64,000 bases of DNA. It comes from Oikopleura dioica. Its lineage: Eukaryota > Animalia > Chordata. This document shows positions 11,529 to 24,853 of the stretch, in pieces (within the stretch, counting starts at the first letter, position 1; each line of letters begins with the position of its first letter). The position numbers were made by a program, and so were the translations under genes. The stretch covers positions 682,001 through 746,000 of the forward strand of contig OU015569.1 in NCBI GenBank assembly GCA_907165135.1, written 5' to 3'. The notes under the pieces are model-generated. The model saw only the letters and a list, made by a program, of their open reading frames with translations. It was not told the DNA's origin and made no database searches.

Positions 11529-14500
11529 TCAAGAAAGTTGCTTCTCACCGCTCATGGAGTCGTTGTGGGAGGAGGCGTTGGGAATTTTACGCGGGCTGGG
11601 TTCGTTGGAGCCGCTCTTTGCTCGACGGCGGTAGGAGTTGCGGTACGAGCCGTGGTAGTACTCGTCCACCGATCTGGTCGTGCCGGTCTGCAGCAGCTTG
11701 AGAAACTCGTCCAGCAGCACTCGGCGTTTCTGGGTTTTACATATATGATTGATCCAAAACAAGGGCTACTTACAGGATGATTGTTTGGAAGCTTGAGGTG
11801 GAGGGCCAGCGTCTCGACGTGAAAATCTTTTTCCAAAGCTATCACTCCGCCGTGGACGCCCGTGTCTTTCAAGTTCGACGAGAACTCTTGCAGTCTTAAT
11901 CACACTTTTCGACAAAATAAAACAGGGATGAGCACTGACCCAATGGAATTAAGCCACTTGATCACTCGCGTGTTGCTCCAGACCATCACATCTTGAAGGT
12001 TGTCTTGACTCGCCTCCCGCCGCGCATCCAAGTCCGCCTTTGAGTAATCGAGCTGTTTGAGACAGTAGATGCCCCATTGGAGCGATTGTCTATTGTTGTT
12101 TAATAATTTGATAATTCATCCAAAACTACCTGTGATCAGCATCGACCATCTTCAACGTCGAGCGAAGGTTCTTTTTGTCCAAATGATCCAGCATCCTTGC
12201 GTCGACAAGCGACTAAAACAAGAAGAGACTACAACTCAAGTTTCTCAAAAATCATGAATTACCTCCATAAAATGACTTCTGTATTGAGCCAGGCCAAGGC
12301 TAGGAAGCCACTCGTTTCCAATCCACTCGTGGTTCATTTCTCCATAAGCCAAGTGCTAGAATTAAATTCAATCAGTTTCCTGAAGATTAAAAACGCTCGG
12401 ATGAAAAAATAGAGAAAAATATGATGGAACGAGAGAAAGGAAGAGACAAAAATACATAACGAACATCGATGTAGACGGTCGGTGCAATGAAACTTGCTCG
12501 ATTTTGAGCCCCTTTCATTGCAGGGTACAATCGGGGACATGAATCAAACCTCTGGCCAAAACGGCTCGTCGATTAGGTCAGTCTCCTCTTCCTCGAGGAG
12601 ATCTTCGTGGCGGATCCAGACTGACCCAGTTGTCTAGTGTAGTTAGTCTTTGTTAGTTTTCGTTGTTTAGTTAAGTAATATAAGGGTTTACCAGGTAAAG
12701 GGTAATTGATAAAGAGTTAATCAGAATTATTAATTGGGATTATAATTTATAATGATGTAGTTTTTGTTACTTACAGATCGGGACGTAGAAGGAGCTCCGG
12801 GAGAGGTGAGCGAGAGCATTTCCTGAATAGCCAGACGGAGTTTGAGACGATGGAGGGGATTCTGAATGCCGATCTCGCGTTGAATCTGACTGTCAGAGAG
12901 ACTAGACATGATCTCCCCACTCTTCACGTTGGCTTGACAGGCCATGACGTACCTATTTAATCAAACCGTAAATCAAAATTCGAGGAAGAAAAAGGGGAAC
13001 ATACCATTGAGGCATTCCAACCCACAGCTCAAGCCACGCGGTGATCGTCGCCCCGTTCCAGTTCGAGAACGGCGTTCGTTCGGCGCGAACCTTTTCCAGC
13101 AGCTCCATTTTCTTCTTGAGCCGCCGCTGCTGTTCGCGCGGATTCGAAGAGGACTCGGATTCCAGGGAGCAGAGTTTTTCAGACTTTGATGCAGAGCGGG
13201 ACTTTTTGAAAATCTGAGAAATTGAAGCTTTGATGCCAGGTTTCTTGAGCTTCTGAAAGAATTGATGAGTTAGCTGCTCTTTTTTGATGATTTTCTTACT
13301 TTTGGGCGATTGATGCCCTGATCCTTGGACTTTTCAGAGCCCGAAAGGGAGTCTGAGCCATCCAAGACACTCTCGCCATCTTTGAGGCAGGAGTCTTTGC
13401 CAAGTGTGGAGCCGGAAGTATTTAAAGTGTTGAGTTCGAAGCTGCGATTTCCATTTCGAAAGGCGTCGTTGTCATAAAAGGCAGAATTGGTTGAGGGATA
13501 AAGTGGAACGTTCGTGTCGATAAGATCAAGCTCGCGACTGAAATTTGTAATTTGGAAATTTGGGAAGCAGTTTTTTTCTTACCCAGGAGAATGCGGGCGA
13601 CTGTACAAAAATGGTCGTTCATTGTATCCGTCATTCCGCAGTGGGACGGATGTGGGAGCTTGCTTCTGTTTCTGAAAAAAAACGTCAAACGAGGAATTTT
13701 GCTGTATTCGGAGAAATCGAATGTCCTACAGTTGTACATCTAACTAAACAATCGCCTCCATTCATTTCCCGCTTTTACTAGCCATAAAGGTCATTCCTTG
13801 CCCCTAAGAAAACTTCATAAATTTTCATATTTTTTTATTAAATCAACCGTGCCAAGACGCGAATTCTGAAGTTTCAAGCAAGTTAATGGTAAATCTAATG
13901 TTTGGATTGGCACCAATTCGCATAAATTTATTTAAAATAAATTGAAATCAAACTAACAAATAAAAGATGCAAATTGGGCTACTTGTTGAAAGTTTGATCG
14001 ACAGATCGACTTTGGGGACAAATTTCGAGGAACTAAATATTGGCATTGGAGTTACCCTGATCTGACGAATTCTGCCTTTTAACCTCGTTGTCTTCAGACA
14101 ACCCTGGGCCAGGTGGCGTCAAGGGAACGGATCCAAACACTTTTCGGCGGAATTCAAATACAAAGAGAGAATAACAGTTTCATTGCCATATTAGCTTTTT
14201 CATGAAGGCCGCCCGATATCGCAAAAATGCTCAAACATTTTTTCAGATTTGCAGAAAAAAAAGACACAGATTCCTTTCTGCTGCAGAGACTCACATTTCA
14301 TCGAGGAAGAGAAAAAATATTGAGAATGAAAGACGGAATTATACGAAGATAGAAAGACTAGTCTTTTTAGGTGAGAATTGTTGCCAAATCGGGGGGATCG
14401 GAAATGAGAATCCTGGACTCGAGGCCAACCGATAAGCTCGAAAACGGGGGAAATACTTTAAACAAAGTAATTGATAGTGGTCCACTGGCATTTATCCCGT

Positions 14501-17500
14501 CAGCTACTGAGATGACTGATATTTGTTCGAAAGTTATCCAACAAAATGGACCCACGAGTGATAATTTAGCTCGTATATTTCAAAACCTCAAAAACTCGGA
14601 AGAAAGGCCCCTTAATTTGCGCAGACAAAATAGCATCTTGGATTTATGGAAGGATTAACCGCATAAATACTGAATTCAATAAATTTGGCGATCCAAGCTG
14701 TGGAAAATTTGCGCATAGATTTGCGCGCAATGGAATTAAAGAATGCCACTCCTCGTATTGTCTATTTGGGGCCCATCACCGGCGCGGTCTGGTGGATCTG
14801 TGCAAATCTATCATAGCTGCGGCGGAAATCAGCTATCAAAATTTAGCCACGAGTCCATTGATAGATCACATTAGACCCAAGCACCGCTGGATTTCTTTTT
14901 GGGCACACACAGCTGCTGCGGAACCAGCACACACATAGACACACACATCAGTGGCATGTGCGGCTCAAGAAATAAACCAGCCTGGATTAAGAAATTCTGA
15001 TGCCCCGCTATCGCTCCTTTTCTGACATGTTCTTGGTAGAGTCTAAGACGACAATTAGTTCCCAGGAGATTTCTTTTCAATTTCACCTGGCGACTTCAAA
15101 TTGTTCGATTTCCAACAAACTGTCAAGCCGAGTTTTTGATTCTAGCTAATCGAAATTCTCTCAATTCGCTCTCAAGAATATCCTGTACATGCGCGCCGCC
15201 AAGAGGCCCGTTGTTTATTCGGATACTGATATTGTGATGTTTATTTCCGCCCAGATAATTCGGAAAGGAAGTTGGAAGACGCGCGAGTTCAAAATCTCCG
15301 CGTGCCTGTATCTAGGCTCAGTGTTGAAAACCTGAGTCAGGGTCTGAAAGATCTCTTATGAAAGGCCGCATAGCTTTTTTAAACAAAGCCGCTCTGCGGC
15401 TTCGCCAGAAATTGAAGTCAGCGAAGTTCGCGGCTCTTTCAAACCCTGACTCAGGTTTTCTACAAACGTAGCCGAGCAAAGTCCGTATGTGCTGAACTTA
15501 ACTGTTCCTTCTATTTTCTTTCGAGAGCAAGAACTTCGCGCCCACCGTTAACATCATAATGTGCATCTGTTCAAATGACGAGGAACGCCATTTTCATGAC
15601 GCCAGTTAGCTGAGTATGGATTTGCATACATCTGCCCGAATCTGCGCCGTCGGCATACAGTGCTATCAGCAGGTGCCGAGCGAGCGTGTGCCTAACACCA
15701 ACACAACCCGTAGATGTGTGCACATTTAATTTTTCTAACCAAGAACAAGAAATATTCTAAAGAAAAAGACTTCAAGTCCGCTATCACCGAGGGTTGGCTC
15801 AGAGACAAAAATTGAAAGAGCGTTTTTTTTGTCTTGACTTGCCCCGGAGCGAGAGAGAGAGAGTGCCGCGCTCTAGCAGAGAGGGCGCTACAATTCTCAG
15901 TTATCTTTGCCGTTCACACTGGCCTTATTCAGAGCTCCGACCTTTTTGGGTTCGACGAGTCAGCAGAAAATCAACCCAGCAGAAAGAAGATAGAGATTGG
16001 GAGCGCGAAGAGGTCCACCGAGGCAACTAGCCTCTAATTAGAGAGTCCTTCAACAAAGCGTCTAATTATGCTGAAGAGGATCGCCAGGATATGTAGGTAG
16101 AAAAATTAATAATGAATTAAATAAATAGGAAGGGATTGAAACAATAATTAAATTGAGCGTCTCAATTCACGATAAAAATGATTGTGTACAAACATGTCAT
16201 CGAGTAAACACATTCAAAAAATCACACAAAAGACGACATTTACAAGCAACTTCGAGAAATTGACTTGTTCAGCGCTCAGACCGCAAAAACTCAAATAAAA
16301 AAAGCCATTCAACTTGCCCTAGCCTCAAAAGAAATAAAGAAACACTCTTTTTCTCGATATCAGTGACTTATTTTTACTTTTTCAGTTTTCTTGGTGGTCT
16401 CGGTCGATTGCATTAAAAATACCTCACAAAAGATTACTTGCAGTAATTACAAGCGAATCCTGAGTGCGTCATTGGCGACTGCAAAAGACCTTCCTTTATA
16501 CGAGAGAACTTACAAGGTAACAATTGACCGAACCTTCGTTTTGATTATATAAAGGGTTTTTAGTACTGCTGTGAATTGTCGAAAACGCAAAGCTCGGATG
16601 AAGAGCAGCGGATCATACTCGTTCAAAACTGCGTTGAGTCCTACATCAAGTACCGCAAAAACAGCCTTCCATCCCTCCAACTGCCAAATACCGAGCTTTC
16701 CCAGTCCCCCAGCAGTCGCCACAAAGGTAAAACAAACTCGCTAGCCGTAGTCTAAGAATTAATTTACGGCGAAATGGTTTCCGGCTGCGTTAAACTGTAG
16801 TCACTCGATACGAGTACGCCAACAACTTTTAATGGCAAGCCTCTAAAAACGAGATGGCCCTGCGTGAGAAGAAATGAGTTATCTGTCGCATTTATCGGGC
16901 CAAATCTTGTCGTTAATGCTTAAGTAATTAAACAACTACTTATGTCAATCGTAGATACTTTAGTGGCATTTTTCCAAAGCCAGAATCAACAGCAGGGGCA
17001 CCCTAAATGTGCACAGTCACCGAAATAATTCGCCATTAAAGATTTTAGTGCTCCGAATAGGTCAGCTTATTCATCGAAATTTCATGTAGTAAAATTTATG
17101 GTAAATGTTTAATCTTCATCTAAGAGAAATGTGGCGCGCACGGTTCCAGCTTCAAAGTCCAAAACCGTCGAAAAATCCGAAAAATAAGGCGAAAACTGTA
17201 CATAAATGCAAGTGCGACGAAGGTTGGAGAGGAAAACGCTGCACTAAGGAGCGCAAGAAGAAGAAAAAGAAGCAAAAATGTAATCTTAAATCGCTCTTTT
17301 CAACCATTCATTTTTCCAAAATTTCAGCAAAATGTAAAAACGGCGAAGAGAGTTTTCTGAACGGTAGGAGCAAGTGCATTTGCTTCAGCGGTTTCAAAGG
17401 CAAACGCTGCGGGAAGCGCGTTTCCAATGATGTCATAAGCTACGACCCTTCCTCGTACTACTCCTCTTCGAGCGTTTCGTATCAAGACAGCGAAGGAAAC

Positions 17501-20500
17501 TTTTACGATTCCGGAAGTCATCGGCCGACAAAGTGCTCGTACGGCAATCCGGATCGACACTCTACCACTTGCTGGAACGTGCGTGTGGAAAGCAAGGGAA
17601 GAAGGAAAAAACGCCAGCTCAAGAAATTTCGAGTTACGTGCCCTCTTCATTCCTGCGCCGCGCAGCAAATTCCAAAGGTGAGTCCACACTCGAGGAGAAG
17701 CGCGATGAGTTTTTATATTAAATTAAGGGCGAAGAGAAAGACAAAGAGATCCAGGCGGAAATATCGACAGAATCGCCGCTGGAATTGACCGTGAAGACAG
17801 GAGTAATCGAAAAACATACGACGGAGAAGCCACTGCAAACAACGCATAAAACTTCTACGACTTTACCGTCTCCAACAATTCTTGTAACTACCAGCTCCAG
17901 TAGACCTAAAACTACAACTACCGAAAAGCCAACAACCAAAAAGTCGACAACAACAACGACAACCACCACAAAAACTACGATAAAAACGACTTCCACTACT
18001 TCAACTTTCAAAAAATCAACATTAAAAAGGACTTCAACGAAAAGTCCAATTGTCGAAATCGAAAAACTCTTCACAAAAGCGACGCTGCCCCCTGTTGGAG
18101 AGATCAACATCGAGTCCGATAGCACGGATGCGGAAGAGAAATCACCGGAAGGGGAGCAAGGTCCGATCTACACAGGCCGCAAAAACAAATTCCGCCTCCT
18201 GCAGAAAAACATGGCTGAAAATCCAGGTACGTTGCAAAGAGCAAGTTTTTCTGGTGCTAGACAATCCAGGTGAATCAACGCCGATCATGTCATATAAAAA
18301 ACGATAATCGTTGTTGAATCACTAAAAAGTACCCTCAATCGGAAGTGTGTTGATTTTTCTGTCTAACCACCGCAGATTCTCGACGTCTGCGAATCCTTTT
18401 TTCTAGTTCAAAACACTTTAACAATCGATTAAGAGTTTTGCGGGGCAGGAGAATTGGAAATCAGAACAAAGCGATCAAGGAAGTGGTTTCGCTGCTTGTG
18501 CCCGGCTCACATGGAGGGGCGCAACTGCGAGCATCAGCTCAACTACTGCAGACTCTATTACGCGCAATATCAAAAGCGGTCCGTCTTCTTATAAAACATC
18601 CTTTCAAAGTAAAGCAAACTTTCTTTAGCCCATGCGAGCACTACTGCGAAAATGACGCGCGGTCTTACTACTGCGCGTGTCACAGCGGATTCATGCTCGC
18701 CGAAAACGGCTACAGTTGTGAAGGGATTGTAAATCGCTGTTTAAAAATAGCACCAGCAGATTATACAAGCACTAGCAAATACAATCCCTTTGATAGTTTC
18801 AGAGCTTCCGATTTCTACAAAAAACTTCTGGCCGACGAAAGTGAGTCGCTCTACCGCGTTTCCCGTGGGGAGCGCTGAAAAAAAGCGGCTGCTTTGTACA
18901 GTTCACCCAACGACCCTTGCTACAGTAGCAGCCAAACAAAAAAAAAACCAAAACAAAACAAGCGCAACACACTCCCTTCAAACCAATGCTCCCTCAAGTT
19001 CATCAGATCCATGTTCACAAGAAACAAATGACGCTTACTACTGTAAATACACTGTATACAAAAATGTAAAGATAGACTCGATAGTGCTACAAATAAATAA
19101 AAAACAACCCACAATTGTCGAATGATTGAATACCTGTAAAATGGCGATTTCGTTGGAGATTGCTTCTATTTGACTGGCTAGTGAGAGGACTTCGTTGTTG
19201 GGCTGTTTGGGGTGGGTGCTGGTGCTGTGAGCGTATCCGTAGGGACCCGTCACTATTTCGTCAGAGTCCCAGTGGTCATCGACAGGGTCTTCGATCGGCT
19301 GATAAGCCTGAAAACAGCCATCTTATTCAACTGATAAGAGCTATTAGCACGTTATTCATCGAGTTATTCATCAACTACTGTTTGTTTCCAAAACGAAACA
19401 GACTCTCAAAAGTTTCGCAAAACTCAATCAAATTTTTGCGATGATTAACTTTAAAATGTTTGAAAGGGGTGAGTTGAGTGTAATTCAAAAGTAGAATGAG
19501 TTATTTAAAGTTTTTAGTGAGGCGAGAAAAAGTTGTGATTAGTGAAGGTTGGTTGGGCCCTTACGAGTTCATCATCATCGGATTCAAAATATTCATTCAG
19601 CTGGAAATAGTGTGTAAATACAAAGAGCCAGTGCTTTGAAAATCACGAAAATATCGTGAAGATAAAGTAAAGTTTACTGTTCGAAAACAGTAATTCAGTT
19701 CAAAGACGAGGAAAAGTGTTACCTGGTAGCCACCAGGGAGACTGGGGATCGCTTGAAATGATTTCTCGACCATAATACGGTTGCTGAGCTCTTCGATTTG
19801 ACGCCTCAGTTGAGAATTCTCCACAGCCAAGCGGTTCTTTTCTTCTAAGAGACTCATTCGATCACCTAGAAACAACGGTTAGGGTTTCTTTATGAGATGT
19901 ACTCTTCCATGATTTCAATTTCGAATACTTACGAAGCTCTTTTTGCGTTCTCTGATGATTCTCAACCATCAGCCGATCCAGCTTTCTGGCCAGTCGGGCG
20001 GAATACTCCTCTGTCGATTTTTCCCTCGACCTGAGCGAGTTAATCTCTTCGTTCTTTTCCGCCATGTCCATTTGCAGCGCGTGAATGCGGTCCGCCATTT
20101 CTCTGACATTTTTCTCATTCGCATTTATCGAAAAATCGGACTGCTTCTGCTCGTTCACATGGCTCGTCCAGCGCTTTTCTTGGAGTTCGAGACGCTCGCG
20201 CAAACTTCGATTTCTTTCCTCAGCTGCGAAAATAATTAATTCAAAGAATTTTCGATTGACTTGTGTCTTTCCGGAATAATAAGAGTGCAAATTTCAACCG
20301 GAACAGCGAGTTTTCTCATCACAGTAAAAATTTTGCTTGGCAAGTTTTAAACTGCTTGAATTACTGCTGACAATCGAGAAACCGCTTGCGGCTTCGAGTA
20401 ATAGAAAAAATAAGTCGCGGCTATTATCTCTTATTATACTCGAAGCCGCAAGCAGCTTCTCAATTTTCAGCAGTAATTCTAGTCAGAAATGAGAATCGCG

Positions 20501-22419
20501 GTAACTTTGAAGAAGCAAAAACAAACCTTTTGCAAGTTGATTTTCAAGAGCCGATTGCTGGGAAAGCTCCGACTCGAGCTTTTGATTGCGCTCTTGGTAG
20601 CTTGCATTTTCTCGTTGCAAGTTTAGGTAGCGTTTTTCAAGTGCACTGAGACGCTCTCGCGCTTCTTTTTCTCCATTTTTAAGCTCGTCAACTTTGGTCC
20701 GCAGTTTCCTCTCCTCTGCCGAAGCTGCTTGGTTTTCCCGCTGAAGGCGTTCCAATTCGATGGCGAAATCCTTCACTTGGTTTCAGCAAAAAATTGGAAT
20801 CATAAAAGATCAAATGCGGATTTCTTCCAATTGCTTAATACAGTACCCAACTAGGGTCGGACCCCTTACTAAGGTTTCCTTAGTTACTAAGGGTAAGGGT
20901 TTTGAAATTGATGAGAATCAAGAAAAGCCTAAGGAAGGACTAAGGGCCTTCCTTACTAAGGCCTTAGTAACCTTAGTAAGGATTTGATTAGGTACGATTT
21001 GCAAAAATGTTCTTATTGATAAAAATAGCAATTATTTACGTCAACGACCCTTTATTTCGAACAATTGGGTATTTTTTTGCTGTCAGTAAGTTGGCAAGAG
21101 ACATTTTTATTGAATTCCTTCACAACTCGTCCTTAATTCCTTTCCTTACTAAGGCTTTTGAAAAGGTTTTTTAATAAAAGCGCTCTTCAAATGCGCAGGC
21201 ACACGAAAAAAATCCTTTTTAAAATCCTTAGTAAGGAAAGGAATTAAGGAAAAATTGCTAAGGATTGGAGATCCTTACTAAGGATCTCTGAAAACTCAGA
21301 AAGGAACTATGGTAAGGATTTTTTTCGGCGGAAATCCGAAAAAGGGTAAGGAAAAAATCCTTACCTTACTAAGGAAAGGACCCTTAGTAAGCAAAAAATT
21401 AAGGAAGGAAGTCCGACCCTAGGTACCCAATTTTCGAATTTGAAACCATTCCTTGCGAGTTTGCTCAATTTTGTTGAGCTCGCCGTTTGCCGCGTTATTT
21501 TCGGCTATACCGTCTCCCCAGGCCGCCCCTCTAGAGCCAGACTGGCTCTCGAGCTTCTGCTTCGCCTCCATGAGACGAGCCTCGAGCTCCTGGTTCTTCT
21601 CGACTTGGACGCGAAGCTTCTCTCGGACTTTTTCATCAAGCGCCTTGTGGTGTTCGAAGAGGGATTTCAACGCCTTCAACACCTCTACTTCGCTGGAGAC
21701 ACTTTGCTGAGCACCGGCATTTCGCTTTCCCTTATTAATATAAATATACATACATTTTTCGAAACGGAATATTGAAAAAGAAAGCGAGAGGGAGGGGAGA
21801 GAGTCGCATGCGTTCTCATTTGAGCTTCAACTTATTGACCTTGATTATTGCCCAAATAAGCAGCAAGAAGCCAGGGAAAGGGACTCGAGGAAAAAGGAGG
21901 GCAAATTGCTACTGCTCAATTATTTACACGAATTTACTAGCGCATACTTTCAGAATACTTTCTTCCTTCTGGCCTGGGCTTGGGACCCTGACTCAGGTTT
22001 TGCACACAGGTTCTGAGCTCTTTCTTCTTTCTTACCTGAGTCATTCGGAGCGAGCGCTCGTGCCGCATCACCAAAAATTCCAAATGCTCGAGCAACAAGC
22101 GCGTGTTCTGCCGCTCGGCCTTCAGCTCGTGAATCTCCTCCTCGAGCTCTAGAATGCGCTCCTTGGCTTCGCATAACTCTCGGCCAATGCCTTGCAGATT
22201 CGCCGGAAGCTTATCCGTGTTGATTTGCCGCAGTCGATCGATGACGGTGTTGAGTTGTTTGATCTCGTTGCGGATTTCTTGCGTCTCGGAGCGACTAGTT
22301 TGTAGATCATTTTGGATCCGATCTCGTTCTTCGGCCAGACGCTCGACCACGCTCTCCAACCCGTTTTCGTCCACGCCATCTTCATAGATGACGGCCATTT
22401 CATCGCACATGGCCGCCAT
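11529..22419 (-). CDS. PPFIA: Liprin-alpha (PTPRF-interacting protein): N-terminal coiled coils and C-terminal SAM domains
   Basis: [84 protein letters not shown] and [14 protein letters not shown] are liprin-alpha hallmarks. Some middle exons are unresolved. Confidence 0.95.
15312..15481. mobile_element. Family A MITE
   Basis: CTAGGCTC start, TIR pair and internal hairpins. Confidence 0.78.
16068..18878 (+). CDS. Secreted EGF-repeat protein with Thr-rich mucin-like linker, nested antisense in a liprin-alpha intron
   Basis: Exons at ~16068, 16387-16516, 16564-16727 and 17105-18878. EGF motifs [24 protein letters not shown] and [32 protein letters not shown]. Poly-Thr tract at 17785-18273. 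Confidence 0.75.
20851..21422. mobile_element. hAT-like non-autonomous element with CCTTACTAAGG subterminal repeats
   Basis: 12-bp perfect TIR CTAGGGTCGGAC/GTCCGACCCTAG. Perfect 8-bp TSD GTACCCAA at 20843-20850 and 21423-21430. Confidence 0.9.
21974..22022. mobile_element. Collapsed Family A MITE
   Basis: CTGGGCTTGG joined to a right TIR. Confidence 0.65.
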
Positions 22420-22739
22420 TGCTATGCTTCTTCGTTAACTTCCTTTGCGGGGTTCTTTTTTCACATCTAAACAAGGAAAATCAAGCTCGGCCTATTTCTA
22501 TACAAATGTTTTTTCAGGGGCAGTGAGATAGGTAGACACCTATACAAGTAAAAAGATACTTGCAATAAAAGTGTCAAATAATTGATTTGAACTTTGTAAA
22601 ACCGGGTGTAACAGTCTAGCATTGAAGATGGATGAAAATTTAAAGATATCTGTTTGTTACTGTTAACTTTTTGGTAATTGAACTTTAATTGAAAGAACGA
22701 CGATTGTCTTCGATGTTTCTTTGGCAATACCGCTCGCTG

Positions 22740-24557
22740 TTACAATACGAAGGTCTGGAGCTCTTCGGTAATTCCGTTGTAGATCGCTGTGTTTTCAATT
22801 GGGATGAATTGGCGCGTAATGAGCTAAGAATAGAGCAACAGTAGCTGGAGAATTTTCTACCTTTATTGTTTCTTGCGCCGCCAGTCCACCCGTATAGGTC
22901 GCGATTGAGTTCAACTCTAGTCCACAGATGCGCAAGAATTCGTCGATGTAGTCTTCTTTGAGCTGGAACGACGAGTCTAGAGCTTTCGTGATTTTGCTGG
23001 AGAAGAAGTTCAGCCGATCGGCGTCCTTATATTGCCCGTCAAGCATTTGCTCGTAATCTGTGCCTGGATGTCTAAAAACACAAGAAATAATGAATTCGAA
23101 GTTGTCGATTTTTACCTGGAAAACTGCTGCTCAAAATCAAGCGCTGCTTCGAAACAGAGGAACGCATGAAGATTGTCTTCGTTTGACTGCAAAAGCTCAG
23201 GCAACTTGGTAGGCAACTCAGGATCCGTATTTTCAAAACCATCCAAATCGCAGAACATGACTCGTAAACCCCGAGCATTGCTGCAGAATCTCGTGATAAA
23301 CTTTTCATCCGGCGAAGGGATGCCTATTGAGGAGCAATGATGCTGTAAGAACTTTTTAAAGAGTTCTACGTCTTCTTGAGCTTTGTCTCGGTAAAGTTTG
23401 GCCAGGCGGACGAAGGATTTCGAGTCCGAGAACATGTCTGGAATCGTTGGATCTTGAGGCAGTTTATTCGTCTGAAAATTAGTCATTCACAAATGAGATT
23501 TGCGGAATCTCACCTTATTGATAAAGTCGTGCAAGGCTTTGAACATGACCCAGTGAATTGGCGTATCTGGAGTCAAGCTTTTGTTCTTCAACACTTCGCA
23601 GCAAAAATCCCCGATTTCCGTAGGAACTCGTCTTTCGTAAATCATGCTGTTGACAGCGGCGATTGCTTCGTCAAAGTTCTCCTCGTCGGGGCTTCGTCGA
23701 ATCCGATTGATTTTCTCTCTGATTGCTTTCTTCCCTTTGTAGTCGGGCATCCGTCGATCGTTTTCGTTTCGCCATTCTTCTAGCGCAAGGAAGAGAGGGA
23801 CAATCATCGGAACATGCTAAGAAGATCATTAAAATCCATCGTTTCGATGATCTGCCTACCTTGTGATCGCAATCGTCTATCTTTTCAAGATCGAAACTCT
23901 GCAGGTATTCTCCCAGCTCAGGAAAAGGATTGTCGAGGCGCAAATCAGGAACCTGGTGCTCTGAAAACGAAGATTTCATTTCTGACTAATTCATGCCTTT
24001 CCGTTTTAATTACCATTTCTAGCTTCAAGGACGAAGTGTTCTTTGAAGAGAAGGCGAATTCTTCCAAACATTCCTGTGCTTTCGACGAGGACAACAGGAA
24101 TTGTCAGCGGATAGAGCAGCTTTTCAATCTTTCGACGGACTTTTCGGTCAATCTTGGAGACCAAAACGACAGTGAACTTTTTGAAAAACTCGTCGCCAGA
24201 AGCAAGGACGTCAGCAACGTTTCTATCGTCGTAGGAGACCTTCACGGACGGATTGAGTTCGGAAATATTCGAAAGAACGGCTTCAGCACGATTCCTTCCC
24301 AGATCGGCTTTGGTGAGAAAGAAGTTGGACGAGATGTCTTCTTTCTCCACGACTTTGTGATCGATCAGCGTGATCTTGCCGACGCCAGGAAGGATCAGGC
24401 TCTTGACTGTTTCGCAGGAAGTAGTAGTCACTCCACAGACGAGCACGTGAGCGTTTTCTAGTGCTGTTTGCCCGTGGTCGCCCCAAAGTCGAATTTGTCG
24501 GTCGTAACGAATATCCTGCTGCACAGGCGAGTCGCACATTTCGTGAACAGGAGGCAT
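22740..24557 (-). CDS. NAE1: NEDD8-activating enzyme E1 regulatory subunit (APP-BP1)
   Basis: RYDRQIRLWGDHGQTALENAHV, KSLILPGVGKITLID, DPTIPDMFSDS..FVRLAKLYRDKA and C-terminal GGLAAQETIK-LITRQFIPIENT. Confidence 0.95.
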
Positions 24558-24853
24558 TCTTTTTCTGAAAGCAACGATTCGATTATCGAACATTTGATTG
24601 AAGAAAAAATAATAATTAAAATAGTAGTAAAAGTAATCATAATCGTAATTCTACAGAAAAGATGATTTCGAGGTGAAGATAGGAAGTAAAGGTAGAATGA
24701 AGCATTGAAAGTATTGGCTTTGGAAAACTTTGAATATTCTTTTTTTGTGTTTTGGAAAAAAAGGCATTTCGGAGAGGCAATTTTTATCACAATGTATAAA
24801 ATAATGAGTTGGCTAAATTGAAGATTTGACTTTGATTTGAGATCCATTCAAAA

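Noticed and set aside
17900-18030. ACA/ACG/ACC repeat tract as a satellite
   Set aside because: It is an in-frame Thr/Lys/Ser mucin-like coding segment of the nested EGF gene.
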